Source: Prorocentrum cordatum (lineage: Eukaryota). Taken from it: a stretch of DNA of 64,000 nt. The position numbers and the translations under genes are program-made. The stretch covers positions 186,001 to 250,000 of the forward strand of contig CAUYUJ010000148.1 in assembly GCA_963575745.1 (NCBI GenBank). Direction: 5' to 3'. Each line of letters starts with the position of its first letter. Within the stretch, counting starts at the first letter, position 1. The notes beneath the pieces were generated by a model. That model did not search any database and was not told where the DNA came from. It saw only the letters and a program-made list of their open reading frames with translations. Positions 15,410 to 28,904 of the stretch are shown piece by piece.

Positions 15410-18209
15410 TCGATTTCTATTACATATGGAACGTGTAACGTTAGAGTGTGCAGATAGCAACACAGCTGGACTCATACAATACATGACCAACTATGGCATT
15501 GACGTGCTGTGCATGCAAGAGACTCGGAAACCTTGCGCAGAAGTAAATTTGAAAGACGACCTAAATACTTGATCAGGAGCAGACTGTGCTGAAAACATTT
15601 GGGCTGGTGCTGCGTTCATTTTTACGCCACGAATGAGAAGATGCATCAAATCTTCCAAACAAATATGCGACAGGATTCGTGTATCAAATTACGAGTGCAA
15701 GCGCAGACGTTCGGCATGCTGGGGCTAGATGCGCCTCATGACCAACGACCGCCAGAAGAGTGCATTGACTTTTTCAACGCGCTGGATGACGAATGCAAAT
15801 TACGGCAAACTGGTAGGTATTAGGCAACTTGAGTGCACGCGTTGGCCGAACGCGTCCTGGCGAAGATGATGTGGCAGGACTGCATGGCTGGGGGCGGGAA
15901 GCCGTGCGCCAAGTGGAAAGATCAAACAGAGATATACTCTTGGACCTCTACTTTGGCAATATATTGATCATTGCCGACACGTTAATGCAACAAGATCTGA
16001 AAGAAAAAAATGACTTTCAGAGAGGTCGGGATCACCAATCAGGCTCCGATAAACATGCTTTCGCATAACGTCTTAGACTTCTTCTTATGCACGGCGGGAG
16101 CGCTAGACGTTATCCAGTCTCTTCGGAATTAGCGTGGTGCAGCGTTGGCTACCGACCATTCCCTCGTCACCTGCACTATGGCATTGGAGATGCATGCGGA
16201 CACGCGGCATCGCCGCCCTGAGACGGACGCGGCTGCATTGGATGACGAGGAAGTCCGTGGACATTTTACGGACGTATGTCTGCCGAACGTCGAGCCCGGA
16301 AAAAAAACATGTGCACGACATGTGGGACAATGCAAAATACGCAATGGAATGCACAAAAAGAACGCTTCCGCTCCGGGAAAATACAACACGACAGACTTGA
16401 CCTTCAAAGAAAACGTAAACTTTGATACAACAGAAGAGCCAGGCAAGATCACGGAATCATCCGAAAATCAGCAAACATCGACAAAACGGAGTGTGTGGAG
16501 AAACATGTCTAAGAAAAAGATTGGGCATCCTTAGAAAAATATTCCGGTCGAATCCGCACAGAGCCTGTTGATAGCGAAAAGCACGCGGACACGATGGCCA
16601 AGCATTTGGAAGAAGGACCATGGAAAGTACAGCCGGCGGCAGTGTTGGATCGAGCACCACTGGGAGTCGCCCTGCCCATCGCCGACGCCGATTTTGCAGA
16701 CAAAAATGTTGGATCCGCAATCTCAAAAAAAGCGGGGGGGAACGCATCCGGGCCAGACGACATACCAGCGGAGTTCTGGATAGCCTTAGCCCAAGACCCT
16801 AAATATTTTGCTTCATTGGTCAACGCGTGTTGGAAGGAAAAACATATGCCAACGGGATGGAGATATGTTGGTGTGACTACGATCTACAGGGCGACAATTA
16901 CCGCCTGCTCTGTGTGATTTACAAGTTATTGCCAGCGCTATTGCTGGGGAGACTACAAGACGCTGGGGCCCAGAGCAAACTAAAAACGACAGTCTGGTTT
17001 CAGGAGACGGAGGAGCACCATCGGTGCAACTCGTGCTGTGCGAAGACATATCGACATATCAGAGGCAGAACGAGGAGGTCCAGGCGAAAAAACTTGCCCT
17101 GGGCTGGAAGAAAGCATTCGACTCCATCAAGGTGGCCGCTCTTTTGGACGCACTGCATATTTTGGTGTACTTCCACGCATGCTTACTCTCATTGCTAATA
17201 TTTGCGAGAATCGACATTCTTGCATTACAGACGGGCGACAGAAATCTAGCATTAGAAACCCACTCACGGGAATTGCACAGGGTTGCCCTCTATCGCCGTT
17301 CCTCTTTGTCAGGATGATGAGATTGGTCATCAAGGATGCAGAAGACAAACAGGACGAGTAATCGTTCAAAGCAGTTGCTGCTGGAGATTTGTCTGCTCTG
17401 TTGCACGCCGACGACACCCTCCTGATTGGGCGACGCGCTGGTCAATCTCAAGTACTGCTAGATGCAATCGCCCAGGCAGGAGAATAAGTGGGGATGGAGA
17501 TTCATTGGGGTAAGTTTCAACTGGTTCAAATAGGCTGCGACGCCCAAATGCTGGCCCCAAATGGTAGTGTGACTCCAACTACCGAACAAATGGAATACCT
17601 GGGGGCAACGATCCACAGCTCCGGCATCATGAAGCAAGAGCTGGTTGAACGATTGGGGGCAGCTTGGGGTGAATCTCGAAGATGCACTCGGGCTTGGAAT
17701 CATACGTCCATCAGTACAGAGCGAAAGCTGAACGTACTCGGGGCGCTGACTAGGACTGAGCTTCTGTGTTCGTTGAACTCTGCCTGGCTAAAGACAACCT
17801 GAAAAGCCACAGACGACTTTTGGATGGGTTCCAGGCGTGATGCCTTCTTCATGTTCTGACCCTTCCCCATTCTAATATCCCAAGAGTGTCCAACAAGAGT
17901 GTGCTACAACAGGCGGGAGCGAAGCCCTGCAGTGCTCAACTACTTCAGCATCAACTCATATGGCTCTGGAAACTTGGCCGCACAAGCGACGCAGAAGTGC
18001 TCCGAAAACTAACCTTACAACAATGCAGCGTGATACCGATCACTGATACTCTTGTGCGGAAGCGTGGGCGCCCCAGGCACGAGTGGGCGAAGTGCCTGCA
18101 CCAGAAGATGAGAAGCTGTTTCGAATCTTATTCGGCTCTCTCCCAGTGCGGGGCAGACAAAGGACAATGGTGCCGCTTTGTGACGAAGTTCGTTGACGAG
18201 CACGAGTGA
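15410..18209 (+). pseudogene. LINE pol relic: AP endonuclease + reverse transcriptase, with many stops and frameshifts
   Basis: EEP motifs YIWNV (~15420), IDVLCMQETR (~15500) and ATDHSLV (~16150). RT motifs ASGPDDIPAEFW, WKKAFDSI, GIAQGCPLSPFLF (~17270), LHADDTLL (17401; YADD changed to HADD) and MEYLGATI. C-terminal RKRGRPRHEW. Confidence 0.93.
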
Positions 18210-20220
18210 TCCTGGATTTCGCTCGTACCTACGCAGTTGCTCCTCCTCTCATCCCTCCTCCTCCGCCTCTGCACGGGGCTTTTTTTGCTTCACAACCCTG
18301 CTGCGCATTACAGTCGTGGGGCGTGCCGTTCTCGTGCGTCGCAGTCGTGATGTGGTTTTCTGCTCTCGCTTCCGACGCCCGACGCGGTGCCAGTGGTGCA
18401 TTCGTCTGCCACGCGCCTTGGTGGAGACAATGGCCACTAGCAGCAGTACAGTGCAATGCGTTGCTTCGCCCACGCGCCATTGAGCGTATGGCTTCTTGAC
18501 CGCCAACACGCCCTCAGGAGATCCCAATAGACTCTTAAATGCTCCTGAAAGCCTCCAAGAAACCGATGCCTTCCTGGGGGTCCCCTCCTGATCTCCCATG
18601 CAGTCGGAGGAACCGGCCGCAAGGCCTTCTCCAATACTCTCGATGAAACGACGACGGCAACGAGCAGGTCTGGAACCCAATGTTCGGGGGCAACTCATGG
18701 GAACCTCCCATGCCATCTTGCTGGCTCTTGCGAATGGGCGCTAACCGACGCTAATCGACGCTAAATCGACACTCGTCAACGCCAAATCGGCGCTCTCTCT
18801 TCGATTACCAATCGCTAGCGCACGCAAATGCACTCTTAACGAAATTATGAGGACATACTACCATCCCGTGATTTGCTACCAAACCTATTGATAATCGTCT
18901 AGGGCGTCGCTGCGTGACAGGCACCCCCGGGCATTACCCAATCGAAGTTTCACATTGCCACGGCGTGCTAACCCACCCAGCAACTCCCCCGATCGGTCCA
19001 CCTCCCTCGTCGCCCTCCTTCGCCTGGCTCCGCAGCTTCTTCCCGCACTCTCCCTCCAGACATCTGGCGCTTTTCCGGGGCGGCCAACAGGCGACGTGGC
19101 CGTCCACGACAGCAGTGGACAACTGAGGTGCATAAAGAATCGCTTAAACAAAAAAACATAAAATGCTGCTCATCTGCTGGCCTCCTGCTCCTCCTTTTCC
19201 TCCTTCTCCTCCTCCTCCTCCTCCTCCTCCCTGCTGCTTAGCCCAAGCCCTTGTACCTCTGATGGTATACGGAGGACTGTTGGCGATGATATTGTTGCAG
19301 CGAATCCTGGAAAGAGCCACGAGCACCTCTGCCGACCAGCCCACGCGTCCCTCTGGATGCTCGGCCTTCTTGATTGCTTGCTTGTGACATCTTCTCACCT
19401 CCTCTTCCTTGTCCTCCTACTCCACAATGGATAACATGATCCTCCTCCTTCTCCTCCTCCTTCTCATCCTCTCAACTCGTCCTGCTTGCCTGGTCTTCCT
19501 CCTTCCCATCATCCTCCGACCTTCTCCTCCTCTTCTTAGTGGAAAACAAGTAAGTAAGCATCAATCTGGACTTCTCGGCGCCACTTCCCCAGGGCAACTG
19601 TTCATCCCGAATCGTTATGCCCCGAAGCCAGGCACGGTCGTCCAGAGCAAAACACGGCGACAAACCGGCCATCTGGATGTTCAGGGCCCCGTAAGCCCGG
19701 AAACGCTAGACCAGGACATCCAACACCCCTCGAAACCAATTTGTTCTCAGACGCCACCACAGAACAAAAAAGGTGCACTTCAACAATCCAGGAACCAGCG
19801 TGGGCAAGGCACAAGAAGCCTGCCCCTCCCCCCCCTGGACCCAGACACAGACCCGAATCCTGCCTGCAGCGCAGCAACAAAAACATGCACTGGACGACCA
19901 AACCTGACTCTGCAGAACGGGTGTCGTTTCCCTAACTTGCCACTGTCCTGCTAAGTCCGTGATGTGGTCCCCGGGGGCATGATATGCTTTCGAGGCGCCA
20001 TCTTCGGCGCCTGCCACTACTCCCACTCGGTCCTTCTCCTGCTCCTGCTCCCCCTCTTGGCCGAGGCGACGAGGGGCCCAGGCCCCTGGTGGCCATCAGG
20101 AAAACATAACAAAGGCACGCATTCCTTTGGCATCGGGCCCTGGACGGCCCTGGGGCGCTCCCCCCGAGACCAGCTCCTCTCGAGCCGTTGCTTGAGGGCC
20201 CTGGGGCCCAAGCAGGATGA

Positions 20221-20950
20221 GCGCACACAAAAGTGTCGAACCTCCACTCTCCTCCTCGACCATCGATCCTCGATTCTCGAACCTCCTCTTCGAGCCTCGT
20301 CCTCATCCTCCTCCTCCTCGATCCTCGAGCCCCAGAAACCGAAAACGGAAGACCAAGAATCTCAGGACCCATGTCCTGCAGGACTGAAGAGCGACGGGGG
20401 ACCAGGAAGGAGCTAGAGGAAGCCCCGCCATCGGGCGTGCGGTAACGGGGGGTAACCTGAATAAGGGGTTCTGAGGGGGGCCCTGAACTGGCCCTTGAGG
20501 GCCCTTCTCTTCACCACCTATGTAAATTACTCTCCCATTACCACCCGCCCGAATGTTTCCAGCTGTTTCCGACATCCCGGGTAGGCTACCGACGTCCCTG
20601 GCTGATCCTGCGAGGCCATGGCCTTGAAAAGGCCCAGGCCGATGCCCGCAGGAGCGTTCAGTTTCGCTCCTGTCCGTTCCTGGGCCCACGTTCCAGGACC
20701 CCCAGTAGCACCCGCTGGACCCCCGAGGTCTCCTCAAGAGGCCTCTGGTCTCCAGAGGCCTCCTGAGGCTTCTGCAAGTCTGCCGAGGCCCAAGAGGGGA
20801 CGAGAGCACACAAAAACGTCGAACCTCCATGCTCCTCCTCGATCCTCGATCCTCATCCTCCTCCTCGATCCTCCCCTTCGAGCCTCCTCCTCCTCCTCCG
20901 CCTCGATCCTTGAGCCTCGGGCCTCAAGCCTCAAGCCTCGATCCTCCTCC
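20221..20950 (+). repeat. Local direct repeat of a TCGATCC/CCT-rich unit
   Basis: GCACACAAAA..GTCGAACCTCCA..CTCCTCCTCGA occurs at about 20223 and 20805, each followed by (TCGATCC)/(CCT) runs. Confidence 0.75.
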
Positions 20951-23900
20951 TCTGCACAGCTCCGAGGCTGGAGCGATGGGCAGGGGGCAGGGGTCTCCGT
21001 GCCGGCGCGCTGCTGCCTCAGGGACGTCCTGGCCTGCTCGTCGCCTGCGGGGTCGCCGGAGGGAAGGGCTCTGGGCGCCCTGGGCCTCCTCGCCGGCAGG
21101 GGATGCGTCAACCCCTATCCCAGGCGTCGTGGGGCTTCCGAAAATTTCGGAAGCCCACAATTGCTGGTCCATTTCGGACCCACATGGACAAGCAACTGTG
21201 GGCCCAAACCCTGGGATATACGATGGGAGGCGTCCATCCTCGATAGGGGTGCGTCTGGATAGCCCCTTATGGGGGAGAAAAGATCGCCTGCGACTCTCCT
21301 GGAAACCCACAGTGAACGTACGCGCCCACCCACGTGCATGAACACGGCCCCGTGGTCCGCGAGACCAGCCGCGTGATACGAAGGTTCGCGTAATGAATAC
21401 TCTCGGAAACAACGTGTATTGATGTACGCGTACATCATTGTTTCGCTCCTCTCGGGTGCTGCCCCCCCTCTGCGCGTGGCCTGGCCAAATGTGCCCCCCA
21501 AGATGTGCAAGGAGAAGCCCGGCCTCCAGGGGGCCTCTCGCGAGGCCCAGAGGGCCAGAGGGGCTCCAGCACGGAACGACGAAAAGCTGGGGGGCACCCT
21601 GGCCAGCGACGCCATTAGCAACCCCCGATCCTCGGCAGCGGAAAACAACAGTGTGGACACGACGTCCAGTTGCCCAAGTGTTTTGATAATAATGCTACGG
21701 CTATGAACCTAAACACAAGACAGGAATACGCCTCACGTCCACTACACGGGGGAACCACAACATCTCGTCAAACGAATTCTTCCCTCAGTCTCACACTCGT
21801 CGAACACTCGGCCCGAGATCATCACACTTCTCAGGCAGGCCGCGCGGGCCCGCGCTCTGACGCCCGCCCCCACCGGCCGGCAAGCTGAGGGTGAGAACGG
21901 CACCGACGGTCAGGGAACCGTGGCAGAGGAAGACGCCCCAGGGCCTCCCTCTCTCCCTCACTCCCTCCCTCCCCCTCCCCCCCTCCTCTCCCTCGCTCCG
22001 TCCTCCCTCCCCCCTCCCTCCCTTCCTTCGTCCTCCCTGACGTTGGGCAGACATCGAAAACAGGCCTTTTGCGTTCCCCGAGGGAATGGACGCGCAAACT
22101 TGTGCGGACGCAAGAGATGCTCTCCTCCCTCCCTCCCTCCCTCCCTCCCTCCCTCCCCCTTCCTCCCTCCCTCCTGCTCCTCCTCCTCCTCCTCCTCCTC
22201 CTCCTTCTTCTCCTCCTCCTTCTCCACCTCCTCCTTCTCCTCCTCCTTCTCCACCTCCTCCTCCTCCTCATCCTCCTCCTCCTCCTCCTCCTCCTCCCTT
22301 CGCGCCGCGCGTGGCCGGGCGCGCTGCAGGTTGGACGCCAGCGCAACGCCTCAGCGCTCAGCGTCGACTCCATAGGAGCGACCACGGCCGCTCAGTGATG
22401 CTCACTCCCAAGGGTGAGGTCAGGTAGGGGCGCTTGGGGGCCACGTGTCTCCTGCTGCTGACTCGACTAGGCCGCTGCAGGAGGAATATGGATTCGGGGA
22501 ACCCGCCAGTTTGGTCTTGGTTCGGGCATATACTCCCGAGGGCGGATTTGGACGGAAAATAGAGCATACCCAAAATATGCAACAAAACAGCTATCAAAAA
22601 TACTTAACAAATTGTCCACTTACAATTTTTCCTATTTTTGAACATTCTTCCTGTAGAGGGACACGCCAAACTTCAGATTAGTCAGGAGCTGCCTGAAGGC
22701 GCGCCGCGCAAGGAGCTTAGGCGGCTGCTGCGTCAGCGGGGGTGACCAGAAATACGATACGTAAACGAGAGGGGGAGGGAGGGGGGGGGGAGGGCGCCAG
22801 CTGTGCGTGCGCCCCTCGCCCCCAGGGGTGCGGGGGAGGAGGAGGAGGGTGAGGAGGAGGAGGAGGAGGAGGAGGAGGAGGAGGAGGAGGGGGACCACTG
22901 CAAAGCAGGAGGAGGAGGAGGAGGAGGAGGACGAGGAGGACGAGAATGACCGCTGCAAAGCCAAGACGCCGCATCAACAGTGTTGCAACCACCCTTCCTC
23001 CAAACTCCCTTTTCATAGGTCCCTGCAAGAATTCATTTTCGGTGTGGGAAGCGCCCCATTGGAAGACAACCGTCTGAGAGTCCATTCCTGGGACATCAAC
23101 GCAGACAATCAACGTTACTGCTGCGTCCTGACAATCTTTAATCGTGCCAAAACCTAATTCCTGGGACTTCAACTCCTGTCCCTCCCCTTTTTGCTCTCCC
23201 CGGGGGGGCGAGACCCACCACCACCAACAACACCAGGGAGTGCGGAGTTTGCGGATGCACGCGATGCCTGTGTACTGGATGCCCAGCGCAGGCGCTCAAG
23301 AGAATAATTCTCAACCACCATTCAAGACGAACACAAGATGAAGAACAGATGTATGATAACAAATCGAGAATCCATGAGAGCCGGCGAATCTGGATCATGT
23401 ATCAGGCGTGCCAGAACGCTCTGAGAGCGCTCCGGAACAGTCTGGAGCATTGTGCCATCATTCTAGGCCTGCCTGAACCCACGGCCCCATCTGCCCCCCC
23501 TTTCCAGGTGAGGGTGCAACAAAATCCTTCGGGAGACCAGGGCTGTCCTACCCACCCGCCCAGGTCATTGCGCCGCACCTGCCAGTACTGGCAGTCTGCC
23601 CTGTTGCAGGCAAGAGCGCAACACTGTTGTCTCACCTGCGACGCCCAGTAGTCGCGCAGTGACTATCAACGAGGCGTTTAGGTCTCCGGAGGTCCCTGAA
23701 GGTCCCTGGATCCCCTGAGGTCCCTGGCGGCCCTCCAGAGAGTTCCAGACGAAACATCAACGTTCAAACGCCTCGAGCTGCCCCTGCTTCCCCTGCCTCT
23801 CCCGTCCTCTGCCTCCTGCTCCTCCTCCACCTTCGCTGCTGCTCCTCCTCCTCCTCCTCCTCCTCCCCCTCCTCCTGTCCTCCTCCTCCTCGTCCTCCTC

Positions 23901-24251
23901 ATCCTCCTCCTCGTCCTATCGAACAGCGTAATTAGGCGGCACCGACCGTAAGGCCTTCACCGATAGCGCTCAAACCCCCCCTCCCGTGTGTTCTTCTTTT
24001 CCTTCGCTCCTCATCCTCCCTCCTCCATGCTGTGCATGCAGTGTTGAATTTATTTTCCCCGCCCACGCGCTGGACGGCGCATGGCTTTGAGCGGGTGAGA
24101 TCAAAAACCTCGAGCCTCGAGGATTTCCTTTGGGCTCGAGCCACTTTCGCAGTGGGACTCATCCGAGAGCGGCCAGATCCACAGCCACCTGGGAGGCTCG
24201 CCTGCCCCGTGGCGCGGGGGAGGGCAGGGCGGGGGACGAGGTCGGCGGTGG

Positions 24252-24530
24252 GCAAACCTCCCCTTTAGTAAACCTCCCCTTCGTAAAAACAGCCTAGGGA
24301 CCGACACCGACGGACCTGGACCCGCAAAATAACAGCCGCGACGCCCTCTCGGCGTCGTGTCGACTGGCGGCGACCCCGCCGCCGGCGCTCAACGTTGAAC
24401 GCCGCCGGCGACCAGGAATCGGTCGATGTTGAACGATCTGACGATCCGGAAACAGCCGATCGTGAAAGGTTGAGAACAATCCCCTCTGTGTCAGGGTCCA
24501 ACGCCAGGGTCGACACGACACGAACCTGCT
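24252..24530. repeat. Dispersed repeat, copy 1
   Basis: The segment at about 24350-24525 (AATCGGTCGATGTTGAACGATCTGACG...GGGTCGACACGAC) is present inverted at about 61545-61712. Its start (ACCTCCCCTTTAGTAAA...AAAATAAC.GCCGCG.CGCCCTCTCG) recurs at about 63204-63298. Confidence 0.8.
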
Positions 24531-27189
24531 TGCCCGAAGAACAAGAGGAATGGAAACTAAGAGGGGATGATGAGTGAGGGGAGGAGGGAAAGGAGGAGAA
24601 AGAGGAAGAGGAAGAGGAGGAGGAGGAGGAGGAAGAGGAGGAGGAGGAGGAGGAGGAGGAGGAAGAGGAGGAGGAGGGGACATGCGAGGGGCAACATATG
24701 GGAGAAGGAGGCGGACGAGGAGGGGATGAGAAGGGGAACGAGGAGGGCGAGGGGGACGAGGAGGAAGAGAGCAGAGAGGGAGAGGGATGGATGATACAGA
24801 CAAGGAGGGGGAGGAGAAGGAGGAGGGCAAGGATGGAAGGAGGAGAGCGGGAGGAGGAAGATGCGGTGGAATGGAGGAGGCGCAGGCGAAAGGGGAGCAG
24901 ACGCACGAGGTGGGATGAGGAGGCAAAAACATGTTTCTCCTCCTCATCCTCATCCTCATTCAGTGCCTCGCTGCGGCCTTCGTGCTTCGGTGCCGTCGGG
25001 AAGAAGGGAGGGACGACGAGACGAAGGGGTCCGGGTGCTCGACGCCTCCCTCCCTGGGCGGACCTCCACGGTCGTCCGCCTCAATCTTGCCCGCTCTCCC
25101 GTCTTCCCTGGCGGGGTGTTCTCGAGGAGGCGGCGCGCGCGGGGGGGGGGAGCCTTCGGGGAGGGCGGGCGGGCTTCTGAGAAGGCGGCGGGTGGCTTCT
25201 CGGGAGCCCGACCGGCTCCTCAAAGTCCCTCCAGGCTCGTGTTGTCCCCCATCGCGCTGGAGGACCTGAACCAACAAAGAATGTCGAGCACCCAGGAAGT
25301 ATCGAAACAGTGTCGAACGAATATCGCTTCCCAGAGCCCGACACGTGAAAACCCTCCAGTTTCGGAACAGTCTTGGTGCTCGAAATTCTTTCTGATGGTT
25401 CAGGCTAAAGTAGGTTGGAACATCATAACCCCAGGCCTTTCCTCGAAGGCCACTGCCTGCTGAGAGGCCCCCCCGCCTTCCTTGAAGGCCGCCCCCCTCG
25501 CGCCCGCCCCACTGCGCGCGGCGCCAGGTTCTCACCATGTGCGCGTCTTCCTCCTCTGCATCCCCCCTCTCCGTTGTTAAAATGGCAATAGCACAATAGC
25601 ACCCTGGGTGATCTCTCGCGAAGCATGCTTGCTCAGAGGGTGCCTGTGCCAAGAGACACGCGGGCTGAATAGCCTTGCCCACTCTGGTTCCCCGAGGAGT
25701 CCCCGCTGCTGGCGTTGTGCCAGGGAAGATCTTGTAGTCCGCTTTGAAAGACAGAAGCAGTGCTGTACTCCTCGACGATTCTCGCCTGGAGAAACTATGC
25801 TGGCTTTCCTGGGCTCCTTTCCCTCTCTCCAATCGTTCCTTTCCTTCGGGCCCCTCGACCGCTCCTGGGCCCGTGCCTGCTGCTTGTGTGCGTGTGTGGG
25901 CCTGGGCACTCGGACAGAGGCCGATCCTGATTTTGTAACTTCTGCATGCGGGCCACATGTATATCCGTGTCCACTGCAACTTGGAGTTTTGGGTCCCCTT
26001 CCCCAAGACACCTGGGGCGTAGTGGACATGGATGAAAATTTTGCCCCTAGAGGCTATAGATGTTCATACATATTCACTGCGCTTCGGCCTGGTGGTGTCC
26101 CCTCCCAGAAAAATCCATGACGCAGTGAATATGGATGCAAATCTTGCCCGCACTGCACCCCTTCATCCCCATCGGAGGCGTTCTGAGGGAAACGAGTACT
26201 CGACACCAGGGCTTTCCTCGGGACCACCTCGTGCGTCCCGAACGTCGTCATGTGACGGCCCCGGGGCCCCGTGGGGGGCCCCAGCGGCAGGAGACCGGCC
26301 CAGCACACCACGCACCCCTTCCCTTCCGGACCCCCTCGTCCTCCATGCCCGCTTCGAGGCAGGGCTCGCCCGGGGCTCCCCCTGCGCCCACTCGGCGTGC
26401 GAGCCCCTCCGGCCGCCGTGTGGGCTCAAGATCGAGCCTGCCTGGGGGCCGAACGGGCTGGCGGCCGAGCGGACCGGGCCCCGATGGGGGCCTCAGGAGG
26501 GCACCCTCGGGGGACCCGCAGGGGCCGAGGCGTGCCGCGAGCGACGGGGCCCGTGCACGCTCGCGCGGAGGGGGCGCGGGCGCGCAGTGCGGAAGGAGCG
26601 CGGGGAGGCGCCCTTTGGCACCGCAGGATCGTGGCCACCCGCAGCTTCGCCGCCGCCACCGTGAAGGAAAACCGTCAGTCTGCCTGGTCCGTGGGGCGGC
26701 GCCGGCCCCGGCGTCGGATCGGCCGGCGCACCGAGTCGGTCCAGACATCGGATCGCAGGCATCGGAGGAAGTCTGTGGTGGGATCCGAAGGGCAAGCATC
26801 GGCAAGGCCGACGCCAGATCGCTTCGGAAGCAATGAAGCCATTAGTAAGGGCTTCCCGACGTCTTCTGACCGTCGGCTGGCGCTGGATATTCCACGGCCT
26901 GGTTATCTCTGGAGAGTCTTTGATTCGGCAGAACTGTTCGATCGGCTTGCATGGGGATTGATCGATGTATCTACATTTATCCCCACAAGATGATTGGACA
27001 AGAACTGCCAAGCCACAAGAGACTTGTAGGCCAAAGCGCGCCGCCACAGCGATGACGGCAACGCGGCGGCGGCGACAACGAGAGACGGGAAACAAAAGCC
27101 TCTCACAATGCACACAACGGAAACCGACACGCAAATGCATGCATGTGTGTGGCGCTTGTGCTGTGCTCGCGCTCCAAACCTCGTAAACA

Positions 27190-27830
27190 ACGAACGTGCA
27201 AGATGGACGTCAAACTGTCATTCCATAAACAGTATGGATGCACATCAAGCTGTCAAAGCGGCCGACTGCCTCGATAGTGCTCGGTCGAACCCGCATGCGG
27301 CTGAGCCCAGTCGTCTGGATCCTGTGCGCGCCGCTTTTCTCTGGGGGAGGCGGAGCACCACGGCAATGTTTGGATTGGAGCGGGCGCGGCAGAATGGTCC
27401 TGGTGTCGGGCGTCAGTGGTGGGTACCAATGGAGACACAGTCACTGCAGGAACACCAGCGTCTGACTTCAAACAGACTGCTCCCCGAATGACCTGTCGAA
27501 CGGCACCTTGTGAACGTCGCCGGTCTCTGGCAGAGACACAGGAGGGGGGCACGACGTCAACACGCTCGCCGCAGAGTGGAGTACAGAATCGGCGGTCAAC
27601 TCTTAATGGCAATCCGATTGCCAACCATATCCGAAACAGAAAATCTGCTGGCATGAACCTCAATTCAGCCATTCTGAGATTTGACGCTCGACAATCGTGG
27701 TGTGTCAATTCCTCAATACGACACAGAGTCCACAACGCTATTACTGGTCGTCGAACCCATAAGCGTCCAGCAATGACAGGGTATCCGAGGAGCGCAGGTT
27801 TCGCAGAAAGCCCGAGCAAGCTACAAACGC
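27190..27830 (-). pseudogene. Probable C-terminal relic of a CRE-like (restriction-like endonuclease) non-LTR retrotransposon
   Basis: The minus frame reads PALLGYPVIAGRLW...ELRFMPADFLFRIWLAIGLPLRVDRRFCTPLCGERVD...AVTVSPL...EKRRAQDPD, and another frame gives STIEAVGRFD. This resembles the recalled RRLxLPL-CxxCG-D...VSPL...K..YP..ExGGR layout of such elements. Confidence 0.5.
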
Positions 27831-28904
27831 CGCAGACGTGGCAGCGGCTTGCAGCACAGAACGCGCAGCACGTCAACGGCTGCCAGCTGATGATGTCAGA
27901 CCTGACTGCGCCAGCCCCCCCACGCGGCTCCGCGGGCATGCTGCGCGCGGCAACCCGTACGGCCCGCGCGCAAGCGGGCAGACCCGACTAGCTTGCGCGC
28001 CTCGCCGCTGGAGACGTACACCACGCGCCCACCCTCCCACCCCCCTGCTCCACCACGGGGCCCCAGAAGGACGTCCGCGCCACACGCAGACGGATCTGCT
28101 CCCAATTCGCGAGGCCGCCCTCACGACATGAATAATAGCGTGAATCGTCCTATCTTCGTTTCCCCTTCGACCCTCCTCAACCTTCCTTGAGATCCGACGA
28201 CACGGACAAAAATACAACATCGTAAATCAAAAAGACCGAAGCCCTGGACCTCATCTCTCTGACGCAATGTTCGAGCCAGATCAATCGGTGAGGGTCTCCG
28301 GGCCCGATACAAAGCAACATTGCCCGTTGGAAATGACATGCGACGCTGGGATTCCAGGGTTCAATACCGACCGAAACGGTGGACAAGATCCCCTCACGCC
28401 CAGAGGGGGAACCCGCCATATCGACTGTCTCTCGAGGAGTAGCGCTGAAACTGCCGGCCCACCCAAAGATAATAAGGAGCATAACTCCTCCCATTCCAAC
28501 TAATATGCACTTTCGCACTGCCGTTGACCACGACTGTGACAGGCCTGCACGCAAAACCCGCCGTGAAGATCAATCAATGAGAGCCTGGGTCGCTAGACAC
28601 TTAACAGGCGAAACACTTTACAAAATGATGCTTCCGCTATCTGGGACGTCTGTCACAACGAAGCTGGAAAATTTGACACCCATACGGCGCCACGTGGGGG
28701 TGTAAACTTTTCCAGCCGCCACGGGAGAGCCGTCCCCGATGGCAGAACAGGCTCTCTCCATCCCTCCTTTTGTGATGGATCATCGTTTTGAATCACTCCT
28801 CCTCCTCCTCCTCCTTCTCCTCCTCCCGCCTCCCACTCCACTTTCTTCCCTATGCCCTCCGCAACCCTTCCCTTCCTTGCCTCTACTCTTCGCATGTTTA
28901 GTTC

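Larger units (their letters stand above)
14134..18500 (+). mobile_element. Degenerate, probably full-length APE-type non-LTR retrotransposon (RTE-like LINE)
   Basis: Order is SL, ~1.2 kb decayed ORF1-like region, endonuclease, RT, C-terminal region ending at TGA 18207-18209, then a 3' UTR-like stretch. The region has a uniform lower-GC composition unlike its flanks. The 3' boundary is approximate and no poly(A) or TSD was found. Confidence 0.8.

Noticed and set aside
22950..23650. Possible exon or LINE C-terminal relic on the minus strand
   Set aside because: There are only vague resemblances and they are in inconsistent order.
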